64,000 nucleotides of DNA from Octopus vulgaris. Its lineage: Eukaryota. The DNA lies in assembly GCA_951406725.2 (NCBI GenBank), contig OX597816.1, forward strand, positions 128,340,001-128,404,000, written 5' to 3'. Positions 1 to 13,934 of this stretch are shown piece by piece; position 1 is the first letter of the stretch, and each line of letters opens with the position of its first letter. The translations under genes and the position numbers were made by a program. The notes below the pieces were generated by a model. It was not told where the DNA came from and made no database searches. It was given only the letters and a program-made list of their open reading frames with translations.

Positions 1-130
1 TCTTGTGATCTAAACTCTATATAGTCATTTCTAGCCACAAGTTCTTTTAGTGTATAAATATAAAAATGCCTTAGTCAATCCTGATACCAGTTATCTGCCT
101 GTCTGTACATTTATTCTATTATACATATAC

Positions 131-359
131 CTATTTCTTTACTGCCCACAAGGGGCTAAACACAGAGGGGACAAAGAAGGACAGACAAACGGATTAAGTC
201 GATTACATCGACTCCAGTGCGTAACTGGTACTTAATTTATCGACCCCGAAAGGATGAAAGCAAAGTCAACCTCGGTGGAATTTGAACACAGAATGTAACA
301 GCAGACGAATACGCTAAGCATTTCACCCAGCGTGCTAATGATTCTGCCAGTTCGCCGCC
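131..359 (-). mobile_element. tRNA-derived SINE, family A, full length
   Basis: Minus strand reads GGCGGCGAACTGGCAGAATC (A box-like) ... GTGTTCAAATTCC (B box-like) ... GACTTTGCTTTCATCCTTTCGGGGTCGATAAATTAAGTACCAG ... A-rich end. Flanked by 13-bp TSD ATTATACATATAC (118-130 and 363-375). Confidence 0.85.
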
Positions 360-562
360 CTCATTATACATATACCAGCTTGATTGGAACACTGTCTATA
401 GGCAATTCTCATTTAGGCAGCCATAACATCCTTGCATTTATAGTTGCACTTTAACTTGGAGTTTAGCCAGGGACACCAGCTTGAGTACTAATTGTATGTA
501 CTGATTATCCTGCATTGTCAGATGTAAGAGTATTTGAAACTTCTATTTATTCACACACACAC

Positions 563-870
563 ATTAAGTACACACATGTACACATATCATTACTTCATGT
601 CAATACTGGAATGCATTGAACTGGTTTCATCTTTCAAGTCATCATAGTCCTTCATTACATCACACCACCGACAGAAAAAAGCCAGCTAGCATGATCATCG
701 TTGTTTAGTATGGATGTACATCCCATCATCAAAGAATGGATTTTAGTGACACTGGTAGCAAAGAGGTTAGCCCATTATGCACACTGATTAAGTACACACG
801 TACTCACACCATTACTTCATGTCAATACCAGCATGCACTAGATCAATCATGTCTTTCCATTCATCATACA
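563..870 (+). repeat. Diverged direct duplication of about 85 bp (563-646 and 788-870)
   Basis: Both copies read ATTAAGTACACAC...CATTACTTCATGTCAATAC...TCTTTC..TCATCATA. Confidence 0.7.
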
Positions 871-999
871 TTCATACAAGTTGAAGTACCAAAGTACATC
901 TCTTAGCTAAGTTTGCATACATGAGGCTGATAACATTATAAGACTTGGAAAGCAGCTCCTTGAGCAACATTCCTTGTCTGATAACCTTAAATACGTGCC

Positions 1000-2231
1000 C
1001 AAAGAAGTCGCATGACTCTACCACAACAGATCATCAGATGAAAGGATAAGAGTATATGAGCAGAAGACCATGCATGGATATGTTAGTAGAAAGCTGAGAT
1101 GATAGTAACATCGATCATCAAAGCAGTCTATCATGGACCAATAGCCAGATCTCCACCTCCCACTTTGAAGGGTATGTGTTTGCATTCCAGGAACTTGAAA
1201 TATTGGCCAAATACCTAATGCACAAAAGGGACAGAAATACAGAAAAAGCAGTAAAATATGACAACCAATGCAGACTTTATGGAATTAACACCAAAGATAT
1301 CATACATACATCTTAAGTTGGAGAACTCCTTTCCAGGTACTCTGAAAGTACAACAGTCTCATGCAACCCAAAGGAGGCTGGACTGGCCTACCTAAATAGA
1401 AGCTTGGAGGAGAAGCAGGCATCACACCAGCAAAAGCAATGCAGGGGTACATATCCCATTAGCTAAAGGGCAACAACAGTATTGACAGGCAAAGATGCTT
1501 CTCCTGGACATGTGATAGATACATTACATCCCACCCAGAAGGACATGCCTTTATTATCCAGCAGCAGGAGATATTCTACTAAATTCCTGATAATCAAGAG
1601 AGACAAAGATGCCTCCAAACCTCCACTTTGTGGCAGAAAATATTTGCTCTGCTATATCCCTGTGGAAGTTATCACCCATACCATCAACAGCTACCCCCAA
1701 ATGTCTATAAGATACTACTCGCCTCTGAGGTGTGATATAGTTGCAATGACTATTCATAATTCTATCCACAGGAAGGATTGCCATGACATATACATCAAAG
1801 GCAAGCCAGAACCAGCAGGTATTTAAACCTTTCAAAATAAGGAATGCTGGTGGATCACCCCAATAAAATCAACAATTCAGTACAAACATAACAGACCTGA
1901 AATTGCTCCTTGAGACAGGAAACAAAAGTCATGCACTGTTGTGGAGGTCAGTTGTTCAGCAGATGTGAATGTACAATCAAAAGTCCAGGGAAAAGAGAAC
2001 AGTTATGATGAATTAATGTAGATCTTACAGCTCTTGCACCCTGACTATGAATTCTCATTTGGGCATATTATTATAGGTGCTTTATATTATGTAGCAACAA
2101 ATTTGCACAAAAACCTAGAAATACTCAGTTTCAAAGAGAAAGGGCAGATGAGACTGATGCAGATTCTCCAAATCCAATCTGTTAGTAGCACAGTGAAGAT
2201 TTGTAAGACATTCCAAAAATTCTTCATCTGA
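1000..2231 (+). mobile_element. Decayed RLE-type non-LTR retrotransposon, 3' coding part (R4/NeSL/CRE-like)
   Basis: Frameshifted motifs: CRL zinc-knuckle start, MSIRYYSPLRCDIVAMTIH (RHD motif), HNRPEI (PD motif), VVEVSC..D, IIIGAL, and C-terminus TVKICKTF. Confidence 0.8.
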
Positions 2232-2394
2232 TATTCTTATGTCAATACATGTACATACTTGGGTGAATGCATCAACAGTTCAACCAACACGCTGACTCAA
2301 CCACATATTTACAAACACCGGGAACTCACTTAACTCAATAAGTCTTATTGCTTTGTTAGCAACCAGCTTGAACTCTCTCAAGATGAACTTGAAT

Positions 2395-2530
2395 AAAACT
2401 TTTCTCAAGTTTAAAATGTGGTATTGTTTTGGTTATCTACATTCCAAATAATGGAGCTTTGTATATTTGTCAGAAACCAGCTCCTTCCTCAGAGAAAGAA
2501 TTTAAATAATTAAAAACAGAAGAGAACATA
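2395..2530 (+). mobile_element. 3' end of an RLE LINE (KTFLKFKM plus 3' UTR)
   Basis: Matches the reverse complement of 61570-61700. Ends TAAAAACAGAAGAGAAC at a CA/TA microsatellite. Confidence 0.7.
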
Positions 2531-2552
2531 CACTTATGCATACACATATATA

Positions 2553-2584
<32 letters not shown>

Positions 2585-2616
2585 AGTACATGTATATAAA
2601 TATAGATATACATATA

Positions 2617-3870
2617 TGAGGCTGGGCAGAAAAGTTAATAGGTTGACTAGAAAGGAGTGATGCTTGAACTGTTAAATCTTGGATGCATTAATTACAGCTC
2701 TTCTTATTAATAGTCGCATTTGTTTCTTTCTGGGTAAAATGACATCCAACTGTTCAAAGAAGACTTTAAAAGTAACTTGTATCGACTTCTCTTGAAAATG
2801 GACAAAATTTGGCATTGTTGAGTTATCAAGTACCTTTCAGAAGAATGGCTTAGCCCCCAAGGACTTTCATTTTGATATGTTACTACTTTAGGGGATAACA
2901 CTCCAGATTTATCAGCAGTGCAAAAGTTAACAGCCGAATTTAGGAGGGGAAAAGAAAGTCATGTAGATGACTCAAGATTTGGACGTCCTGCAACTGCCAC
3001 CACTGAGGCAAACATTGGTTATGTTCACCACTTGGTGATGGATGACAGGGGATCGACTATAAATCAAAAAGCAAATGCCATTAGCATATCTTGTGAGAGA
3101 GTTGAGAATATTCTGCACAATGAACTTGGCATGATGAAGTTTTCTGCTCAGTAAGTGCCACATGTTTTGACACAAAATCAAAAGTGCACCAAACTCATCA
3201 TATCACAGGAAAATTTGACATTGTTTCAGGCAGATCCAGCTGGTTTTCTTGAATGTTTCCTAAACCAGGATAAATGTTGGATTCATCTATTTGAGCCATA
3301 GACAAAGAGACAGTCCATGCAGTGGAAACACCCCTCCTCATTTGCCCCAAAGAAGGCCAAGATCATTTGATCTGCAAGGAAACTGATGGCCTTAGTTTTT
3401 CGGGATGCAAAAGGCATTGTGTTTATTGACTATCATCAAAAGGGCCACACCATCAATGGTGACTACTGTGCAATCTTGCTGAGGCAGATACGAAAGGCTC
3501 TCAAGACCAAAAACCCAGGAAAACTAATGAAATGGATCTTGTTTCACCAGAACAATGCTCCAGCACAGAAGTTCTTGGTTTCAATGGCTGCTGTGTGTGA
3601 TTGTGGCTTTGAAGTGGTTGACCTCCCTCCCTATTATTTGTTCCCCAACATGGAAAAACACTTGGCTGGGAAGTATTATTTCAGTTATGACATCATATCT
3701 GCTGTTGACCAACAGAATGAAGTGTTTGTATTCAATGGGATCCTAGCACTGCAACACCGATGAAAGAAGTGTGTGGAATGCAAGAGGGACTATGTTAAAA
3801 AATAAACCTCATTTGTTCACATTCCTTGAGTTTATCTGGGTCAGCCCATGAACTTTTCAGCTAACCCTCA
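2617..3870 (+). mobile_element. Near full-length decayed mariner (Tc1/mariner) transposon
   Basis: About 30-bp TIRs (TGAGGCTGGGCAGAAAAGTTAATAGGTTGAC / TCAGCCCATGAACTTTTCAGCTAACCCTCA) with TA on both sides. Transposase motifs DDSRFGRPAT, VPHVLT, QDKCWIH and FHQNNAPA; YSPDLAP motif partly deleted; stops and frameshifts. Confidence 0.93.
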
Positions 3871-3894
3871 TATGTATACACACACAAACATAAA

Positions 3895-4800
3895 CTGTAG
3901 CACAAGAAGTGTTGGTGGAACATGTCTATTGAAACTTTTACCAAGTGCTGACATAACAGACCTGAAATAGTTATTCAGGATAGAAAAGAAGTCATGTACA
4001 TTCATAGAGTTTAGTTGCCCGACAGATGTCAACATGTCTTCCAAAAGTCAACAAGGAAGACAACTTCTTTAAAATTTGTAACTCCTCTACTCTGATTATA
4101 AATTTATATTTACACTAATAGTCATTTATGGAGGCACAATGGCCCAGTGGTTAGGGCAGCGAATTTGCAGTTGGAGAATCATGGTTTCGATTCCCAGACC
4201 GGGCGTTGTGTGTGTTTATTGAACGAAAACACCTAAAAAAGCTCCACAAGGCTCCGGCAGGGGGTGGAGGCGACCCCTGTTGTATACTTTTGCCCCGACT
4301 TTCTCTCACTCTTTCTTCCTGTTTCTTGGGTAACACTGCAATGGACTGGCATCCCGTCCAGCTGGGGGAAAACACATACACCACAGAAACTGGGAAACCG
4401 GGCCCATGAGCCTGGCTAGGCTTGAAAAGGGTGAAATAAAGATAAGATAAACTAATAGTCATTAGTGCACTTGGTTATAAATGCCTAACTCACAATCTGA
4501 AGAAGCTAGGATTTTCAAGCAAAGAAAGACACTGGTTAACATGAACTTTAAGTGGAATAAGAAGAATATGCAAAAGTTTCTGAAAATTTGATATATAACA
4601 TTTTTTCTTTTTGCAATGGAAATACCAATGATGGAGCTTTTGTTTTTTCCACCATTCTGGAAAGAATTGTAAATAAATAAATAAGCAAATAAATAAAAGT
4701 ATAAAAAAAGGAAAAGATATACTTGATGGGGACTAAATTCCAATGAAAATGGCTGTTTATCAATGTTTGTAAAATTTGAAAACTAAAAACAGGAAAACAC
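3895..4800 (+). mobile_element. Second RLE LINE 3' fragment, split by a SINE
   Basis: HNRPEIV..., IEFSCPTDVN, then IVISALGY after the SINE. The 3' end AACTAAAAACAGGAAAACAC runs into a microsatellite. Similar to 1850-2200. Confidence 0.7.
4127..4450 (+). mobile_element. tRNA-derived SINE, family D
   Basis: TGGCCCAGTGG A box, GGTTTCGATTCC B box, (GATAA)n tail, and 13-bp TSD ACTAATAGTCATT (4114-4126 and 4451-4463). Confidence 0.9.
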
Positions 4801-5049
4801 ATATATGTATAAATGCATACACATATATGTATGCATGTGTGTTTATAAATAAATAGAGACACACACCACATGCACACACATGCGCACGCGCACACACACA
4901 CACACATATATACATGCACACATAAATACACAGGTACTTACAACCTTGCCAGTGAGCAGGTGGCCAATCAAACTTTAAAACTCAAATTTGGAAGAGGTAC
5001 ACATATCGATATACATACATGCATATATATATGTATATGCATATACATA

Positions 5050-5090
<41 letters not shown>

Positions 5091-8000
5091 CATGTATATA
5101 TCTGTGTGTGCATGTGTAACTTACATACACTATTTAGATATATAGATAGATAGATAGAGGGAGGGTGAGAGGGAGGGAGAGAGAGAGAGAGAAGATCACA
5201 GTACTATCCTCTGTAAAAGTACTGAATTTGAATCAACACATGAATGAATTCAATTGATTTGATGTCTACATTTAAACTAAAGTCTACTTAGAGCAACTTC
5301 TATGTTGGTAATTTAATTGCTATGCGTTGTTGTGTCTGTGAATTCTAGAAATTTGAAAGCATTTCAATGGCCGTTGTAAATCTATATAGATTGAGAAAAA
5401 GGGTTAAGCAATTTTCAGTCTAATTTTGAATTCTTTACTTTTATTTTTATGATGCAAAAATTTATACTCTTTAACATTGATCAATAAAACAATAATGTAG
5501 AATATAATACTATTTTTGCTGTTAGTTTTTAACCAGCCTTAAAACACCTGTTAACAGCCTGCCAACAGCTCATGACATGATGGATGAGACCTTGCTAGCT
5601 TGAATAATCAAATACTAAAGTTGAAGAAATTAACGTCAGCAACAGGTATCATATTTACTCTTCTTGTTTAAGAAAATCCTTTACAATGAAAGCTCACATA
5701 CAAATGAATTTATGCAGTGAAGTAGAAAAATACAAGATTGATAATTATGTGTAATGTATTGCTAATTATCTGTGGTCTTTAGAATTTTTACATCCATTTT
5801 CTCATATTTACATGTTTAAAGTGTTTTCATTTTCATATTGTCCTCAATTTCAAGTTTTTGCTGCAGGAATACTAATTCATTGAAATTAATTTATTGTTAT
5901 TGTTTACATTATTTTCTTTTTTTCTGTTTAACATTATTTCAAGTTACAATCCATCCATTAGCAACAACCATTTATAACCTTGTTGGTAGTGTACTATGCT
6001 ACACCAGATCATTTTAATTTGCAATTTATTTTAAGTCTCAGTTGCCTTATACAAAATCTATCTATGATTTAGAATTCAAATATAGATTTGAATATCTATC
6101 TTTTATTTTATTTTAGATAATCCTTTTCTCTCTTGCTGTGTTTTTATGTCATTTACAATTAGACTCCTTGAAAACATAATGCATCATCTATAACAGAAAG
6201 TTATTAACAGTTAAGTGAGAGGAATTATGATAATTTTTCATAAAATTCATATTAAATGCTTATACATTTTCTTGAATTCTCTACATGTCATTGCTGTTCT
6301 CACATAACAAAAAGTTTTGTCATAACCACCATCATCTCCACCCACTCTAAGAACTACTATTTTCCATCCATTATTCATTGACTGGAAGGGTTAAATGCCA
6401 CTAAGATTAAATTGTACATTAATTCTCTATTCTTTTGTCTTGTCCAAGTTCAGGATTGATATTCATTTTATCTGTTTAGCATTCTTCCCATCGCGACCAA
6501 GGGCCAAAGCCATTCATCTTCAAAATGAGCTCATCCTTTGGTCAATTGTCTTAAGCAAAGCATATAACCTTTATCTAACAACTTCCTCATCACAATGAAG
6601 TAACCTCTTATCTCTACTTAGGTCTTTCTTAACCAAAACATTTCGAAAGCAGATCCACAACATAACAAGAATTATATTAAAAGAACTGATTCACGGACCA
6701 GGTTTTACTGACATAAAGTAGTTGCACAGTATGAAAACTAAATTCAGTCAATGTGTCCTCTGATATACCAGATGGCAGGAAGAGGAAATATTTTATAAAA
6801 TTTCTTTAAATCAAAGTAAACTCTTAAAGCCATACTATGTTGGATCAGAAAAACCACTAACCTGAACAGTAAAGCAGTCTGGTAACAGATGATGCCAACA
6901 TCCTTAATGGCTTCCCTTATTTCCTTAAGTCTTTGAAGAATTATATTTTTGCATCTGAATTCAAAGAATGGTTTTTAGTGAAACACCTAATGCTTATAGA
7001 AGATGGAGTGACTACTACCACACTCAACCATTTAGAGGCAGACTGCATACATTTAGTTTCATACCTATTTGCATAAGATTTAACAGAAAATATTGAGCTG
7101 AAAGCTTTTAAACAGAAAATCAACCATCCAAGCAAACGAATAGCTTTAGATTCTGTCTCAAAATCATTTACCTAGAACAACTCTGTAAATATCTCTTGTA
7201 ACACTGGTTTCATGAGAATGATGTTGAACAAGGGGTATATCAATGTCTTCATTTTCACATCAAATTCAGAGTTAAACTAGTTCACATAAAACATGAGACT
7301 CTACAATTATAATTATTATTTGCACAATTTTAACCTCTTAGTATTTACACTTAACAATTCCCCATAGTGATTTTCCATATCTTCTCTTTAGTTTCTGTGT
7401 CAATATCATGATTTTCATTATTCAGTTTGTATTCCAGCTAATTTATGAATGTTCACTCATTGCTTTGAAGAGTATCATATTTCTACTTCTCTGTAGTTTT
7501 CTTTGTTGTATGCATTGCCAATTTGTTCCCTTTCTAATGTCAAGATACTTCACCTTCCTTTTACTCAAATCTCATTATTTATTTTCACAAATTTATCAAT
7601 TCTGTCTTCTCATATTAAGTTGATAAACACCTTGTTGTTCAAATACGGGTTTACATTCAGAAGACATGATATTATTCTACTCTATAATGAATAGACATCT
7701 GCATTTCAAAAGTATTAAAGGACATTAGAGTCTCCTGGATAAACTTAACAAATTATTCACATATTTCACATTTCTCAAATTCCAACTTGTTTCCTAGGAA
7801 AAACAATAGAAGGCAGACCAACATATACCTACTGAATAATAATCTAAAACCAGAAGACTCATTTCTGCTTCCTTGTTTTCTACAAAGATTTAAACACTAT
7901 CAGTTTTGCAATTTTAAGAAAAAATGTATCATAAATATTTTCACATTAGCAAATAGCTTCGTAATATCCTTATTAACTAAATTTTATAAGGTAACGTTAT

Positions 8001-9379
8001 AGTAAAAGTCAGCATGTTGTGTGTTTTAGGTTCAAGTGATAGACATCTTTAAAACCAAAATAAATAGTGCATATTAAAGTTGCTTGTTCTTGCTATCCAT
8101 ATTTCTTTTCAAATATTTTCATTATTGATAAAGATATGTACTAATTTGTTCTCTGCAGGTATTTGTACACAGGATATTTCTATTTATCAATTATATCCAT
8201 AAACTACAGAATATGCCTGCCAACTAATATCAATTGTTTATTCCTAAGGGAATTTTTTCTCTCAAACCCATTAATTTATGAAATTATATTAGGACAATAT
8301 AGTTTTTACTTTAACATTTTTTTTTGTTGCATGACTAAAAAAATTCCATAGCATGTATGTGAATAAAAACATAAATAATTTGAGTTTACTATATTCATCT
8401 GATGCTCTTTGACTAATTTTCCTTTTTAAATGTTAATGCTTTTCTAAAATATAAGTACATTTTAATGCCATCATTCCCAAGAGATGATAAGAATATTTCA
8501 ACTTTGACATTCTTTATATGATGGCAAATATCATTATCACTATAGGAACACACAAACTCAAAGGCTTAAACATATCAGTTGATATTAAATAAAACTATGA
8601 ATAAAAATATAAAAGATATTGTTTTCTATATCTGTATGATAGTCTGAAATTCACCGACATTCTTTTACATTCAACATTTGAATTATTTAGAAACTCAACT
8701 GCATTCTTCTTCGCTAAAATCTATTTAAAATGTCAGCAATTTTATGAGTGTATGAATAGAACTTTTTAAAAAGAAAACCTTTCAGTATAAACTGTAATGC
8801 AGAAATAGGGCAATATTAAATGTAAATTTCTTCAAATACTGAAACGATAGCTTATGATAAGTGTAAATATGCATGTTGTTGTACAGTGTTTGAAATCATT
8901 ACATTTACTTCCCAAAGCAATTATGAAAGTTGCAGCACCAATTCTAAAAGCATTCACTAAAATGTATCTGGTATATTAATGATTTCTCAAGCATGTTTAT
9001 CCATTTTAACTTGCTTTAATCTTTATTGAATATAGAATTTACACATATCACACAATTCTTAAATTTGGAACTGATATCGCCTTCTCCTTTAACAACTTAT
9101 TGGAAGAAGAATTTCGTAGTTAAATATCTTGAAACAAACCCTTGAGTTATGAAAATACTGAAAAGCCATTAATTACATTCAAAACAAAAGTACATTTTAC
9201 ACTGGGGTATTGTAGATGCATTCGAGATAAAGTACTCCTCCCCAACATATATCTGCATTTCTCTCTCTCTCTGTCTCTCTCTCTCCACACATGTACACTA
9301 ACACACACACACAAACATTATATACATATATATATGAAATAAGGTTTGAAAATGCAATTTTAAAGATGTTTATTCACTT

Positions 9380-9482
9380 AAAAATATGGAATGCTTCACA
9401 AATTTGCATGTCATCCTTTGCACAGGGGCCATACTAATCTTCTCTGTATTGTTCCAATTTTAGAATATGTACCACCATAGCA
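9380..9482 (-). pseudogene. U6: U6 snRNA pseudogene, nearly full length
   Basis: Minus strand reads TACATATTCTAAAATTGGAACAATACAGAGAAGATTAGTATGGCCCCTGTGCAAAGGATGACATGCAAATTTGTGAAGCATTCCATATTTTT. ACAGAGA box present. Most differences from canonical U6 are CpG transitions, the AGC triad reads AGT, and the 5' end is truncated. Confidence 0.95.
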
Positions 9483-9522
9483 CAAGGATGAGATGCAAAT
9501 TTGTGAAGCATTCCATATTTTT
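9480..9522 (+). pseudogene. U6: U6 snRNA 3' half, inverted second copy
   Basis: GCACAAGGATGAGATGCAAATTTGTGAAGCATTCCATATTTTT followed by the same 3' flank as the minus-strand copy. Confidence 0.92.
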
Positions 9523-9613
9523 AAGTGAATAAAAATCTTTAAAATTGCATTTTCAAACCTTCATTCATATATATTTCCACTCGTGTGGTACCTTACAATT
9601 TCCCTTTGTTTTA

Positions 9614-9650
<37 letters not shown>

Positions 9651-9764
9651 GGCAATTTAAGTAAACAAAAGATTCAAATAGGCAAATAAAAAAAAACAAA
9701 TAAAAACGAATGTGAGGAAGTATTGAAAAAATGTATTAGCTTGATGCTCAGCGAAAGGAGAGAG

Positions 9765-9797
9765 TCTGATGTTTTGAGCGTAGCTCTTCATCAGAAA
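9765..9797 (-). ncRNA. Decayed minimal type I hammerhead ribozyme motif in a short element (about 9648-9872)
   Basis: Minus strand TTT-CTGATGA-A-GAG-ctacg-CTC-AAAAC-ATC-AGA. Two G>A reversions at CpG sites restore CTC-GAAAC-GTC. Confidence 0.65.
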
Positions 9798-9924
9798 GGA
9801 GAAAGGGAAAAGTCCAAAGAAGGAAAAGAAAAAGAAATCACCAACAGCATGTGTAGTTACATTGCGGAAGTGACACACACACACATATATACATACATAC
9901 CATGCATATTTATATATTGGTTTC

Positions 9925-10195
9925 AAATTCTGGCACATGGTAAGTAATTTCAGAAGAGTGGGTAAATCAGTTACATCAATCCTAGTACTCAACTGGTACA
10001 TATTTTATTCACCTCAAAAGGATGAAAGACAAAGACAGCCTTGGTGGTATTTGAACTCAGAACATGAAGATGTATGAAAAGGTACTAAGCATTCTGAAAG
10101 GATGAAAGGTATTTGAGCTCAGAACAAGAAGACAGAGGAAATAGCACAAAGAATTTTACCCAGTATGCTAATGATTCTGCCAGGTCATTGCCTTC
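9925..10195 (-). mobile_element. SINE family A, old copy with an internal duplication
   Basis: AAAGGATGAAAG...TTTGAACTCAGAAC segment occurs twice; ends ATTCTGCCAGGTCATTGCCTT. Confidence 0.75.
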
Positions 10196-10220
10196 ATGTA
10201 TACATATATATTAACAATGC

Positions 10221-10261
<41 letters not shown>

Positions 10262-13200
10262 CAATGCCAAAAATGTAATTAGTCTGATAAGCAAGCTCTC
10301 ACTCAACAATACAGAAGATAAAAAATCCAAGAAAACTAATAATAGTATGTGCTGATGAAAAGGAAAAAGAACACAATTAATTGAATAAAAGGTAACTTTG
10401 TGTGCCACACATAAGTTCTTATATTTCTCTTGTATTTTTTTCTTTTTTCAAAGGCCTGGTTTAAAATGCCAGAACTTTTCCCCGTCCTTACAACTCACTG
10501 ACTTTATTTTATGAATCTTTAAAACTTAATACTCTATGGTTATTGCTCTAACTATTGAGTGTGTTTTCTGATGTCTGTCACTTCTATAGGTAAAATGCTT
10601 TTTACTCTCTGGGATTTACTATCTGCATATTGCCCCTATCAAAAGCCTTCATAGTACAACTGCTTTGTCTCCTCATTTCTTCTCTAAAATTGCTTCCTTC
10701 TAGATTCTCACTCTCATCTACATTACATCTCCAACTATTAATCTGCATGAATTCCAACTGAATAGAAATAGAACAGGCCTGGTCAATTATTTTTTCTTTT
10801 AAAAAGAGTTGCCTGAACCAGCTATGATTAAGTACTTTCCCACCTTTTAAACTAACACTTATAACCAAAAATCTAGAGAATCATACTGAAGATAACATCA
10901 AAACAATTATGATGAATATAAAACTTTTAAGAATATTAACTGCTTTTAATTAAAACAGAAATTAAGACTACTATCTTCTTAGTGTTAATATCATCACTTT
11001 ATTATTATTAGTTTTTGTTTTTTGTTTTGGTTTGTATTTTTTTATCAAAGAAACTAGTCAAATATGTTAGAACTAATGCAAGATAAATATTGAATTCATT
11101 TAAAAAATTACACACAAAACTTATTTACTATTGAATGAGTTCATCCATAAAAATATCAAAAAGAAAAAAAAAAAACAACAATCAATTAACTTCCAAGTCA
11201 TTTAAGATTTTTAAATATTAATTACTTGTTAAAAAATAAGAGACATTTTAATTTGCAATTACATGCTTAATATAGATAAGTAGTAAAGTATTAAATATAT
11301 AGGACCAGCAATTGAACACTAAGTAAAATATCAAAGAATAAAATATTGCTATCTCACCAAAGATTAGAACTTCCTTTTAAATTTTGTTATGATAAAATAT
11401 ATTATTTCATAACATTTGCTTCATATTATGTTCAAAGATATTTCAAAATCGTTTGATAATATAACTAGAGTCGTAGGTGGTCAAGTTGATAGAGAGTTAG
11501 CTATTATTTTCTTTTGGCTGGGTGGAGTTATTAGCTGTATTCTCTTATTGTATTGTGAATATAACTATCAAATGGTGTAGTTCATCTGGCAGTAATTAAG
11601 TATGATAAGAGATATAATCTATTACTTAAAGTAATAGAAGTACTACATGAATGAATGAATTTTATTTGTTTGAAGAGCTGGGTGGATGTTCTTCAGAGAA
11701 TATGTAGTAGAGAAGTTTGAGTTAACTTGTCTTAGATATATACAGTACAAGAATCTGACATCTGCAAAGGATCATAATTTTAAACTGGAAGATTGGCAAT
11801 TTAATCTTATGATTTAAAAACGAATCACCTAATTTTGGTGACATATTTTTAATAAAAAAGTAAATTTAAGAAACAAAAAATATTGTTCAATGTAGCTAAA
11901 ATATTCATGAATTTGTTCTCAAAATTAGTTTAATTTCATTGTACCAGAAGCAATTAGCAAATTTAAGCTGACTAACATGAACACAGTTTTCATTTGCAGA
12001 ATTTTAGTGAAAATTTAAAGAATCTTAAGAGCATTCTCAAAACTTTTGAATAAATTATTCAAATTTTAGCAATATCAGAATAACTTTTTTTAATTATAAA
12101 AGTCTAATGAATAATTTAGACATTTTTATTGTTTTACTGTTTGATTTTTTTAAAACTGATATTCAATAAATTCATATTCATATAATAATATACACATGTG
12201 CATACAAACAAAATATGTATGCAAGTGTAAATTTTATACAAGAATTTGGATGTTTTTATAAGTAGAATCATTATAGACAAATCAGATACGAGTTTGGTGT
12301 TATATTTCCAGGAGTGTGATTTGAAGAAATCTTATTGAAAAGAATCAGTTCAATTGTAATCACATCTCAGAATATGAAACCTGAATACATGAAATTTAGA
12401 GAGCAAAGTGAAGCTGGGGGAAGATTCCTTTCATTCACCGGAAGTTTCATTTGTTTAGTGGCAAACTTTATCAACACGTCATATTCAGAAAAGGATGTTT
12501 TGATGTAATTATAAAAATCAATTTCTACAGCAGCCAAGGCAGCAACAAGAAAAAAGAAGCTAAAGAAGAAGGTTTCAACTCTTCACCTAATATTCAATCA
12601 AAAGAAGGCAGGATTTCTCCCTGGTTGACAATTAGATTGAATGTTATGATTTAGAAAGAGATTTCTTTACATGAGCTACTCACATGAATATGGTCAATTT
12701 CTCATTTAAGTATTTAGCCAGATAAAGCATTTAGTAAATCCAAAATACCTCTATAGTATTTTCAGACAGTCTTCATAGGCTTAATGGGGAGGAAGAAGGC
12801 AACAAAACGCAGCTTGATAGGTCACATGTTTGGCAAACTATTTTATCTTTTAGAAAGATTCTGAAAATCTGTCTAAATCAATGACTATCAATATGGATTG
12901 CAGACATGGAGCTTGAATGCACTTGATCTGCAGCCAAAGAAAGGAAGAAATATATTTCAGGAATTTGTTCAAGTAAACACATTTCAACTGAGTGTTTGTG
13001 GGGAAGAGAAAAAGATACAAAAATATATTAACAATATATATATAAGGGAAAAAGTGCAAGAAAGACCATAAGGAAAAAAGACATTACATCACAAGGAAAA
13101 TGAAAACAGGGCAAAAAAAAAAAGAAATTTAGAATTGAAAGAACATATAAGTCATGTGGAGGAAAGCTGGTAAAAAGATCATTAAAAGGAGAATAAAAAA

Positions 13201-13934
13201 GAAAATGTGTTGATAATGATTGTCATTTGTATAGCATTGTCAGGATTCACCTTGATGAAGTAGATTTTAAAGTTTATTAATGATTTTTATAAGTTTGCTC
13301 CTGTCTAAAGTTTGACCTAAATAAGTTGTATTACTTGAATCTTTAAGATGACACTTTCATTTCACTTTAACAGTCTTACTCTAGATGTTACCTACTGTTA
13401 CTAATTTGTTTTATTATTTTCATTCAAACTACATAACTAAATTAGTGTACATATTTTTTTTTCCAGTTTAGATTCCTTTCATTTTTAGCCTGCTTCCTAA
13501 ATCTTAAATCTAATAAATTCTCGAGGCTCTTATTACAGCCACAATAAGTAATAATCAATTATTTTCCATTAAATAGCTAATGTCACTCTGTTTCAGTATT
13601 CAAACAGTTAAAATTTCACTTCAGTTATTGAATAAATATTATTTGAATGTCTTCTGATTTAATTACAAAAACACTATCATCACCTGCTTCTTATTTAACA
13701 ATCATAATCTATCTAAAATATTACGTATCTTCCATGATTTAAAATGAACTAGTGTTTCAGATCGGTGTTAATGCATAGCAATTGAAATCACTGTCCTCTG
13801 TACTTTAGAATACTAAGGAGAACATATACATATATATATATATACATACACACATGCACACTCGCATATGCACATACACACACACGCACACATTTTACCA
13901 TTCGTACTGTTTACTGATAATGGTTAAAAATCTT

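Noticed and set aside
9380-9482. Functional U6 gene
   Set aside because: 5' end truncated, upstream promoter replaced by the inverted copy, and AGC triad mutated.
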